Assembly (NCBI GenBank): GCA_963777155.1
Contig: CAVZPM010000037.1
Span: forward strand, 35,336-99,335
DNA length: 64,000 nucleotides
Source of the DNA: Candidatus Bathyarchaeota archaeon
GTDB lineage: Archaea; Thermoproteota; Bathyarchaeia; Bathyarchaeales; Bathycorpusculaceae
Direction: 5' to 3'
A program made the translations under genes and the position numbers. Below, piece by piece: positions 31,436 to 40,833 of this stretch (position 1 is the stretch's first letter; each line of letters starts with the position of its first letter). The notes under the pieces were generated by a model. It saw only the letters and a program-made list of their open reading frames with translations. It did no database searches and was not told the DNA's origin.

Positions 31436-31546
31436 ACCACACATCTGTTATCATGAAATAAACACCCCTTTTTCCCCGGGTGCCCTTGCTCCATAGATTT
31501 TTTTCTTTTTAATTTGCGACTTATGATTATTTTCATAAAACGTTTT

Positions 31547-31568
31547 GTTGCTGTAAGTATACATCCAC
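31547..31568 (+). promoter_or_regulatory. Palindromic operator copy (GTTGCTGT-N6-ACATCCAC)
   Basis: 5 bp upstream of GTTAAG box preceding 31631. Confidence 0.7.
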
Positions 31569-31630
31569 ACATCGTTAAGTAGGTGACAAACAACTTTGTC
31601 ATTTAAGAGAGTTGAAGGTGTAAGAATTAG

Positions 31631-32509
31631 TTGACTTCCTTAAGAGAAATCATCGAAGCATTATTCAATGAAATAAAAGCCGTTCTCAAAGGTTTTGTGC
31701 ATGAAACGGAAGCTGCTCTAAAGGAACGCCTCAAAAAACTTTTGATAACAAGCATAATTATCAGCGTTTTATTGGCTCTGGTCATTTCATTTTTTGGATC
31801 TGCTGCCATCTTCACCCTGATCGGTTCATTAGAGTACCTTATGACTTTCATGCCAGCATGGAAAGCTTGGTACATCACAGGCATCTCTTCAGGCGTTATT
31901 GGTGCACTGATCATTTCAGGGCTCTTCTTATTCATAAGAAAACAATTGAAATCTTCCCAGCTCCCAGCTACCACGAAACCAGAGAAACCAGTTGCTGAAG
32001 TTACTATGGTAACTAAAGATTCAAAAATAGAGAGAGTAGATGCTGAAATAGATGAAATATCGAAAAGGATTTTGTTAGAGCTTGAAACGGCAAGTTCAAC
32101 GGATTTATCAGACGCCCGTTATGCTAAAATGATGTTGCGTTTGTCAGATGCCCATTACGCAAAAGGGGTACTGCAAAAAATAGGCGGTAATAAATCTGGA
32201 GCTGAAAATGAGTTAGAGAAAAGAGCAGTAATCAAGGTTCTGTTGTTTTCTACGTGGTTGCAACGACTTTATTTTATAATAAGATCTTTCCTCATGGGGC
32301 TCATAAGTGCCGCAGTTACATATCTTATCGTATGGTATCTTGGTTCGATAAATGTCATTGGAAGCATAGTAATCGGCACATTTGTGTTTGTATTTTCCCT
32401 AGCTGTAACAAGATTATTTGATACTCAAATAACACAAGTCACAAAAAAGATAGTTGAACTCATGGCCTCTCATAGAGGCGTTAGGGATTTCATCATGAAA
32501 CACTTCTAA
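31631..32509 (+). CDS. Membrane protein with N-terminal holin-superfamily-III/YqjE-like module and a second 2-TM module
   Basis: Amphipathic helix plus 2 TM with MPAWKAW turn; second 2-TM block. Confidence 0.55.
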   Translation: MTSLREIIEALFNEIKAVLKGFVHETEAALKERLKKLLITSIIISVLLALVISFFGSAAIFTLIGSLEYLMTFMPAWKAWYITGISSGVIGALIISGLFLFIRKQLKSSQLPATTKPEKPVAEVTMVTKDSKIERVDAEIDEISKRILLELETASSTDLSDARYAKMMLRLSDAHYAKGVLQKIGGNKSGAENELEKRAVIKVLLFSTWLQRLYFIIRSFLMGLISAAVTYLIVWYLGSINVIGSIVIGTFVFVFSLAVTRLFDTQITQVTKKIVELMASHRGVRDFIMKHF

Positions 32510-32539
32510 CTTAAGAATGTGATAACCAAGCACGCGTGT

Positions 32540-32561
32540 GTAGATGTAACCACACAGTCAC
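32540..32561 (+). promoter_or_regulatory. Palindromic operator copy (GTAGATGT-N6-ACAGTCAC)
   Basis: 5 bp upstream of CTTATTA; no ORF follows directly. Confidence 0.7.
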
Positions 32562-32594
32562 AAGTTCTTATTAGCAATTTTGGACTTATAGGTA

Positions 32595-32725
32595 CCAGTG
32601 CCCTGAAAAAGGCATAATAATTGGCGGGTCAGGCATAACAAAAGCGCAGAAAGATTCCCTCTCTCAATTCCAAGTGTGGATCCTTTTTAGATCTGCGTTA
32701 AGTTAACAAACCCGGATCCGCCATC
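32595..32725 (+). ncRNA. Candidate structured RNA or leader upstream of corA
   Basis: 5' hairpin GTGCC-CTGAAAAA-GGCAT then long stem TGGCGGGTC/GATCCGCCA, GCGCAGA/TCTGCGT, AAGATTCC/GGATCCTT. Confidence 0.45.
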
Positions 32726-32890
32726 CGCAATTTTCGGACAAATCACGATTTGTTAAACACTCAAAATGCTTTAAGAGAGAAAAAGATAAAATCTGTTTTT
32801 GACCATACTAAAAGCCGAAAAGTCAATTAACGGGTAAAATTGAACAATATTATCAGCGTTATAAGAGGAATAATTTAGTTAACAGAGAGT

Positions 32891-33862
32891 ATGATCTTGA
32901 AAATTAATTGGTTTCTAATCAGTTCAGGAAGACTGCAAAAACAGCCCAATATCACAAGCTGGCCAACTGATGACTTAAACAAGCTGGGTGAGAGTTGGTT
33001 TGATGTTGAAGAAGCTACTCCTGAAGAACTCAAAAATTTTCTCGCACCTTTAGATCTTCACCCTGTTATGATAAATCGTTGCCTAGATTCGACAAGTACA
33101 CCTGGCGTAGTATCTTATGATCGCGCTCTTCTACTAGAATTTCCCGCAGCCCTCAACCTGAATACTTTGGAGCCATCCTATCTCACAATACTACTTCAGA
33201 ACCCAGTGTTAGTAACTATCAGAGCTGGGCCAATTCCAGCCATAGAAGAATTAATAAATGATTTAAAGGCAGAGAAAACTCCCAGTCTGAGTCATCTGAT
33301 TCAGATTGTTTATTTACTCATTGATGATCTTGCGGATCTGAGCATCCAGGCAGAAACAGAAATTCGCGACAAGACACTGAATATTGCTAGAGCTTTAGCT
33401 GAGAATCCGGATACTGTTAGCAACAGTGATTTGACGAATTTGCGGTGGCAGGTTGATAAGCTGGTTTCTTTGATAGAAAACCAGCTCTATTGCGTTACTG
33501 GTCTCAATTCTTCGGACAATAAGGCATTGCAGGAGCCTCATCGCAAGGCGTATATCCAAGATTTGGTCTCGGAGCTTGAGATTGCGCAGGGCGGTATTCA
33601 TCGTTTAGAAACCCGTGTGAACGGGTTATATGACTCTTATCAGACGGTAGGTAGTTCTCGTGTTGAAAAACGGTTGCGGATATTAACTATTGTCTCGGCT
33701 ATTACGTTGCCTTTTAGTCTTATTGCGGGTTTGTTAGGGATGAATGTAGGTGGGTTACCAGCTACGCAAGATCCTTGGGGATTTGTAATTGTTGTAGGTT
33801 TGATGTTTGCCATCGGCGCGGTTGAGTTGTTTTATTTCAAACGGAAAGGATGGCTTGATTAA
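32891..33862 (+). CDS. corA: CorA-family Mg2+/divalent cation transporter
   Basis: LRILTIVSAITLP...GLLGMNV (GMN motif)...FKRKGWL. Confidence 0.9.
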   Translation: MILKINWFLISSGRLQKQPNITSWPTDDLNKLGESWFDVEEATPEELKNFLAPLDLHPVMINRCLDSTSTPGVVSYDRALLLEFPAALNLNTLEPSYLTILLQNPVLVTIRAGPIPAIEELINDLKAEKTPSLSHLIQIVYLLIDDLADLSIQAETEIRDKTLNIARALAENPDTVSNSDLTNLRWQVDKLVSLIENQLYCVTGLNSSDNKALQEPHRKAYIQDLVSELEIAQGGIHRLETRVNGLYDSYQTVGSSRVEKRLRILTIVSAITLPFSLIAGLLGMNVGGLPATQDPWGFVIVVGLMFAIGAVELFYFKRKGWLD

Positions 33863-34779
33863 ACGATGAGTGGCTCTTTCTTGCTTTCTAAGGAAAAACC
33901 TCTCGTAGAGTAGATCAGAACCCCCAACGAAACGAAAACAAAAACGACTACTCCGACGACAATATACGGCATTAGGCTAAGCGTATTGGATATAGCTGCT
34001 GGATTCATTATTCCCCCAAGAACTATCGCAAAAATAATCATTCCAATTGACAAGACAAACGAAAACTTGTAGGGTCTATCCGTCTTGGTCTTAACTAGTT
34101 TCTTTCTATCAAGCTCGCCCACAAGAAAATTCAAGAAAATTCCTATTGACGCTATTAGCAATGGAATCATAAGTGAAAGTGTAATGTTTTGTAAGCTTAT
34201 ATCGATGAGCTGTCGCAAGCCAAGAACAGAAAAAAGAAGCATAAGAAAAAAAAGAGCAATGGATCCGAAAAATATGCTTCTGTCAAGAAACTTTCCCGAA
34301 AGAGCAGGGCCATAAGTTCGTCTATTGGGTACCGGTGCTTCTCCTGGTTTAATATCTTTTGTAGTTCTTTGCGTCAGTCCGGGAAGGTCATTTGAAAGAA
34401 AATAGATCTTATGTTTTGGATCAAGGGGTAGTTTTTTGCCGTCCGAATCATACACTGCTTTGGATACCAGTCTTGAAAAAGGGTACAGCCATTCGACGCC
34501 TCGGTCCCTTGTTGTTGTGAATGAATCTAGAAACGAATGGAGAAAAGCGCCGATGCCAAAAAACGGATTTATCAAATACACTATACCGATAAACAAGAAA
34601 TTGTGAAACAATGCACGGTGTATTTGTCGACGGCGAAAGGACTCTTTGCTAAAAAAACCGTATTCTCGGTCAAGATCATTAATGGCAGAGCCTATTCCAA
34701 CCATTAGCGCTATTTCTGGTTTGCCAAATAATAAGACTCCAACAATTATGCCAAACACTATGTGGGTAGAAAGATTCAT
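33859..34779 (-). CDS. Membrane-bound metal-dependent hydrolase (YdjM-like)
   Basis: THIVFG, GSAINDLD, HRALFH, LHSFLDSFT...GV-x-WLYPF. Confidence 0.8.
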   Translation of the reverse strand: MNLSTHIVFGIIVGVLLFGKPEIALMVGIGSAINDLDREYGFFSKESFRRRQIHRALFHNFLFIGIVYLINPFFGIGAFLHSFLDSFTTTRDRGVEWLYPFSRLVSKAVYDSDGKKLPLDPKHKIYFLSNDLPGLTQRTTKDIKPGEAPVPNRRTYGPALSGKFLDRSIFFGSIALFFLMLLFSVLGLRQLIDISLQNITLSLMIPLLIASIGIFLNFLVGELDRKKLVKTKTDRPYKFSFVLSIGMIIFAIVLGGIMNPAAISNTLSLMPYIVVGVVVFVFVSLGVLIYSTRGFSLESKKEPLIV

Positions 34780-34926
34780 GAAAACAACCGCCGACTTCTA
34801 ACTGACCACTTATTACTGGGCAATTTTAAGGATATAAAGGTAATTAGCTTTGGTACCTCACTTTTTTCAGGTAGTATAATCAAGGAGCCTATAACGGGTA
34901 CCAGAAATATTTACAGTAGGATTTAA

Positions 34927-35100
34927 CTAATTTTGAACTATGCCAATAATGATTATAATAATTCCAACCGCAGCTCTAATCACTCTAATTAGTTGTTCAG
35001 GAAAACTCTGCTTAGGATATTTGACTATACTTAAAACGCCATCTACGACAAGCCAAGCACCTAAACCAACCAGAACTATCGAAAGAGCATTCAATAACAT
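34927..35100 (-). CDS. 57-aa 2-TM membrane microprotein
   Basis: Manual translation MLLNALSIVLVGLGAWLVVDGVLSIVKYPKQSFPEQLIRVIRAAVGIIIIIIGIVQN. Confidence 0.6.
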   Translation of the reverse strand: MLLNALSIVLVGLGAWLVVDGVLSIVKYPKQSFPEQLIRVIRAAVGIIIIIIGIVQN

Positions 35101-35442
35101 TCAGCATTTCACTCAAGGACAACTTTGCCTAAATAAGAAAAGTTCTCAATTAAATTAATATTTCCGGGCTCCATAAAAATTAGTCGGAACATCAACTTTG
35201 TTATTAACGATTAAAGATTTAGCTGCTAAAACTGGTTTCTAATTTAACTTAGAGCTAACCTTTTTATTCGAGGTCAGCTAAAGAGTAACTATAGAATTTT
35301 TGCTTGCAGCATAACAAGTCTTGATTGTATGGCAGAATTCAGTTCTTGTCAAAATAACTGAAAACTATGCTATTCAGTTGGTGTGTTGCCATCAAAATAT
35401 TCTAAATCCCTTATTTGTTTGATAAGGGAGGTGAATTCGTAT

Positions 35443-35764
35443 ATGGCAGACGCGTCAATTTCTCGAATAGCATACATTTTAGCCCTTATAGGCGGAATAC
35501 TGCTGGTGCTCTTTGGATTATTTGATCTGATTGGTTTCAGTGGACTGGCAATTTTCCATTTTGGTTTATTTGCCTTTGCATATTTCGGGATTGTGAGCTA
35601 TAATTTGCGGTGTTATTGCAATTATCGGTGCTAGAAGCGCAAGTACTCTCGTCTGGGCAATCGTGCTCATAATCGTTGGAATCATTGGCGGCGGATTAGG
35701 CGGACTACTGGTTGTTTTGGGAGGATTACTTGGAATTATTGTAGTCATAACCAAAAGAGCATAG
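35443..35764 (+). CDS. Gly-rich multi-TM membrane protein, one frameshift
   Basis: GGAGGTGA SD; MADASISRIAYILALIGGILL... continues in another frame as IICGVIAIIGA...GGGLGGLLVVLGGLLG. Confidence 0.65.
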
Positions 35765-35984
35765 ACACGCTTGAATTTGATCCTTCTAAATCCGATTGGC
35801 TTATTTTAGAAGCTCACGTTTTTTCCAACTAAATATGAGCATTTTTAGATGCGACATTGCAAAGATGCTAATGGCTGATGCTGGGAACCTCGTTCACAAA
35901 AATTTAATAGAGAAATCAGAGGGATCATAAATCACTACCTTTTATTAAGTAAAGAACAATTAATTAGTATTAGGTGTTTTTTGA

Positions 35985-36892
35985 ATGCGGATTAACGCTG
36001 TTGACAATTTTAGAGTTTCTGCAGATGAGAAAATTGATTTAAAAGATTATGATCCAGGTTGGGTCCCTAAATGGGCAGCAGCATAAGGGAAACAAAGAAG
36101 GAAAAAAAGCTTCAAAACAACAAGCGTTAGATATTCTTGAGGAGAACCGGCAAAAGCTGTCAGGAATGCAGGAGCTTTTTTGGGCAAACGGCAGTTATTC
36201 AATGTTGATAGTTCTACAAGGAATGGATGCAGCAGGAAAAGACGGCGTAATCAGTCACGTTATGTCTGGAGTGAACCCTCAAGGTTGCCAAGTTACAGGA
36301 TTTAAAACACCCAGCGAAGAAGAATTAAATCACGACTTTCTATGGCGTTACTCTAAAGCTCTTCCCGAAAGGGGACGTATAGGAATCTTCAACCGCTCAT
36401 ATTACGAGGACGTTCTTATAGTCAAAGTTCGCCCGGAAGTTTTAGAGAAAAACAAATTACCCGCAGGATCAAGAGGACAACCAGTTCTGGAACCAAAGAT
36501 ACGATGACATAAACTCGTTTGAGAAACATCTGGTATCCAATGGCACTGTAATCTTGAAGTTTTTCTTAAACCTGTCTCCAGAACGACAAAGACAGCGACT
36601 ACTGGAGCGGTTAGAAGACACTGATAAGAATTGGAAGTTTTCACTCACTGATCTGTCTGAAAGGGAGAAATGGAAAGATTATATGGACGCTTACCAGGAA
36701 GTCCTCGAAAAAACAAGCACCAAATGGGCACCTTGGTATGTTATTCCAGCAGACAAGAAATGGGTAACACGAGCATCAGTTTCAGAGATACTCGTTTCAA
36801 AAATAGAGGAACTTAACCTAAAATACCCTGTCTTAACCGAAGAACAAGCAACCGAGCTAAAAAAAGCTAAAGCCACCCTCTGTCATGAATGA
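35985..36892 (+). CDS. ppk2: Polyphosphate kinase 2 family (polyP:nucleotide phosphotransferase), frameshifted
   Basis: LQGMDAAGKDG, GVNPQGC, FKTPS-x-EEL-x-HDFLWR, IFNRSYYEDVL, KNWKFS-x-x-D, APWYVIPADKK. Confidence 0.9.
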
Positions 36893-36913
36893 AAGAAAAC
36901 GGATTAGCCTATT

Positions 36914-38503
36914 TTATTCTACTGGAGTATGCAGATTAACGCAGTGAGCATCAAGCTTTTTTCCAAAAGCCCCATAGAAAGCTGATCCATTTTGAACCAC
37001 ACTCCATTCTTCCATGCTGCAATCAGAGTCAGAAAACAATGAGAGGAGTACCCGATCTTTATCAATGTTAATAAATTCCACCTTCTTGATTATTGCACAA
37101 TGGCTTCTGTCAAGCTTTTCAGCGAGCCTAAGAAACACAGCCAACATCATAACAATTGTTTTAGAGTTATCGTCAAGTCCCGTGGCTTTCAAGGATTTTT
37201 TAGTTGGATATTTTTTCCTGTGAAATTTTGCCACGTTAGCCATTATGGTTATTTCTCTTTGATCGAATCCAAGTAAACTGGCGTTGCTAATAATGTAGTG
37301 TGCGTGAAGATGATGGTCATTAAAAGAGAGGAAATCTCCGATGTCATGCATGGTTGCCGCATATTTTAGAAGCTCCCTTTCTTCTTCATGAAGGCTATGT
37401 AATCCGGCTGCTTTTGCGCTGTCAAAAAGTTGGGCTGCAATCGAAGCCACTGTTTCAGAATGTTTCTCGTCGTAGTTGCATGATCTGCTCAATTGGAGTA
37501 CGCTTCTTTTTCTTATTGGCGTTTTTTGAAACTCTCGAAAGTCCTCGAATGTTGACAAGTAGTCAACGAGTAAGCCGTCTCGAAGTTCTCTACGACTAAC
37601 GTTAATTTCTTCTAAGCCAAATTCCTCCATTATTGCATCCATGGCAGCTGCTCCGGCGACTAGTATGTCAGCTCTCTCTGGATTGATGCCTGGAATCTTT
37701 TTTCTTTCTTCGAGCGTAAGAGCGCAAAGGATTTGAGCAGTTTTTTTCAGAGTTTTCCTCGATAGAACTTGACCCTTAACGCCACTGTTAGTTTTTTTAA
37801 ACATTCGGGAACCAATTTCCGCCAAGTTTATTATTGTACCAGAGCTTCCGAACGCAAGTTTTACACTAAATGCTCTTACCTGAGATGCCGCTCTGATTGA
37901 TGGTGCTGCTGACTTCTTTTTTGATGCTTTTGTATTGTTTATAGCGTATACGTCCAGTCCAACCTTCGCCTATAAACTGACTTGTAAGTCTTATGGCACC
38001 TATCTTAATGCTATCTAAGTAAAGGATTTCACTTTGGTTTCCGATGGCAAACTCGGTGCTGCCTCCGCCTAAATCGATGAATACAGCGTTTTCTTCGCCG
38101 ATGTCTACACCGCTTAATAAGCCGCAATAAATCAAACGTGCTTCCTCTAGACCGAAATTACGTGAAGATCTAATCCGGTTTCAGACAGGATTCTTTGAAG
38201 GAATTTTTCTCGATTGTGCGCTTCCCGAATTGCAGATGTTCCTACTGCGATTATTTTATTTGCTCCGTAGGTTTCTGCGAGTTCGACAAATTTTTTGCAG
38301 ACCAGAATGGCTCGGTCCATAGCGTCTGGTTTGAGAAGGTTATCTTTGAATTCGTTTTCGCCAAGTCTAACAACTTCTTTTTCTTGGCTGATAACTGTGT
38401 AAGAAAGATTCGGGTTTATCCGAACAACTAATAGTCGAATGGCGTTGGTTCCTACATCTACAAACCCTACGACTTTGCCTGTTTTTGTTAATTCTTCCTC
38501 CAT
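36914..38503 (-). CDS. ppx: Ppx/GppA exopolyphosphatase with C-terminal HD domain, frameshifted
   Basis: DVGTNAIRL, TSAIREA-x-N, IDLGGGSTE, RADILVAG, LRDGL, MHDIG. Confidence 0.9.
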
Positions 38504-40833
38504 GTCAGCACCAGTTCTCTTCCGAATACCTCTTCAAGCAAATCTTTTTTCTTATTTACTGATTGCTCTTCGGCACTTGGGTTCGAATGAATTTCACATT
38601 CAATAGTTAATTTTTTCGTATCTACACTAATCTCAATTTGGTCAACGAGGGATTGGTGAGTGAAGTCCAATCCATCAGCCACACGCAGAATACTCGATAA
38701 TATTTTTACTTTTAGCTTTGTTTCTTTGTTTAAACCTGCAAGGTTGTAATCTTCATCTTTTGGAAAACTCCTTCCGATGATACCTTGCAATGCTGCCTAT
38801 TATCCGCCTGTCAACTGAGGAGAAAGGAAGTTGGGTATCATTCAATATTAGCTTTAACGATTTCTTGTTATGTCTGCTCGTGTCAACGGATAGACCAATA
38901 TCATGAAGTATTGCAGCACATTCCAGCCAACATTTTTCGGGTTTGTCAAGGTGATGTAAATCCTGAAGATCTTCGAAGATTTTCAAGGCAATACGTCGTA
39001 CTTGCTTTGAGTGGTTTGAATCTTGTTGGTATTTCTGAGCAACCTTTCTTGTTGATTCTGTAATTTTGAGACAATTCTGTTTCATTTCCAGTTTTCTGGC
39101 ACAGTCTTGTTTTTTGAGGGCGTCAGAGGATAACCCACAGAGAAGCATTTGAGCGAAGCCTTCAGGAAATCTTTTCTTTCTCATAGCTTGAGCAGCTGAC
39201 TCAACTGAATAGTCTACTCGTTTGAATTCAACGCAAGAACGGTTTGAAACTTATAATAGCATAAGCAGCTTGTGGGTTTCCGTCATAAGGTCGACCAACA
39301 CTACCTGGATTGAAAAATGAAACATTTTCTATTTCTCTTAAGAATTGCTCATGAGAATGACCAACGATGATAATGTCGGCGTCTGCAACTTTTGCTAGTT
39401 CCTGTAACCGTGCAGCTGGTGTATCATGGTAGATATGTTCGGTTATATCTGAAGGGCTTCCATGGATCAAGAGTAACTTTTTGCCCGCAACTTCAAAAGT
39501 AATTCTGTCAGGCAAACTATTCAGATATTCTTCACAAGGTTTACTCAGTTCCTTTTGGGCATACTTTAAAGCAAGATTTCTCTCGCTACTTCCCTTCTTA
39601 TGCTCCCCTAACGCTTCGAGATCGAAGTTTCCTATAACACTGACTGTTTTCTCCAAAATAAGTAGTTTAATTACTTCATTGGGGAAAACTCCGAATCCTG
39701 TTAAATCACCAGCATTTAAGAAAACATCAATGCCCCGTTGCTTAGCATCATTAAAAACCGCTTTGAGTGCGTGAATGTTGCCGTGAATATCTGCTAATAC
39801 AGCTATTTTTGTTTCCTGGGCTCAAAAGTGCCGCTCTTGTCACGTTTTCTGAGTTAGTAAATCCCATACCTGTGGTTGTTTCTCTTAGTTGTATAAAAGT
39901 ATCTTTTGTTAATTTTTCGTCCCAAAGCTTAACAAAATCTCTATAATATTTTTCCCTGCGACCTTTTACGAATTGGAGAAATTCTGAAAGTGTTTTTTCT
40001 TCATTTACGGTTGGCTCTTTGCTTTTTTGTTTCGCCGCTTCTTTGATTTCAAGCTTATTTGCAAATTTGGGGATGCATTGACTCCAGACATCGCAATCGT
40101 GCATTTCGCCCAAAACATCCTGAAAACTCTTTACGAGTTTTATTTCTTTTGAGAGATTTTCTTCGTATAATGAAGAAAACGTTTCCATTGTGTACCGAAG
40201 CCATTTTGCACGAATTCTCATCTGATGGTGGCATAAAATATCATCTTTTTTGTGAACACAGCTTTCCATGGACAGAAAATTCTCAAGTTTAATTGAAATT
40301 CGACCGTTTGCTTCTTCTTGCAGCTCTTGCGGACAAGACTGGTCGTTCGTTGTTTGGGCAAGTATCTGGTTGGAGACTTTTTTGATATCTTCCAAGACTT
40401 CTGAATTTTTTAGTACACTAAGTTCATTGACAACGGTTGTCTGAATCTTAGCTCTGCGACTTACAAGACTATCAAGAAGAAGTTTGATCCCTGAATCGCT
40501 GGTCAACTGCGGTTTGCTTTTCATGTAATCTCGCAAAAAGAATATTTGAACATCAAGGTCTCTTGCCTCTCCAAGGAATTTTGTTACTTTCTTTATTTCG
40601 TTTAGCCATTTTTTGAATTGTTTTTTTTGGTAACATCTTTTGAACAGAGGCATTGCTGCTCTAATTCTGCGTGAGGTGACGCGCATTTTGTGGAGATATT
40701 CAATATCTTCGCCTTCTTTTACGCCTTCAATCTGGTCCTCAAGTGTTGGCAAGAGGTTTAGAAGAGTTTGGGCTCCATATTTGAAGTAGCTATTTTTTTC
40801 GGTGCAGTTTTTCTGGTCAAGGTTGGTATTCAT
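38488..40833 (-). CDS. CHAD-metallophosphoesterase-HD fusion protein (~780 aa), frameshifted
   Basis: CHAD (LHKMRVTSRRIR, GEARDLDV, LGEMHDCDV), then ADIHGN/AGDL/IGNFD/HGSP/GHSH/NPGSVG, then LHDIG...LRVADGLD; pieces abut across single-base shifts. Confidence 0.8.

Noticed and set aside
35377-35398. GTTGGTGT half-site as another regulon operator
   Set aside because: Right arm absent and TATA spacing does not match the 5-bp rule.
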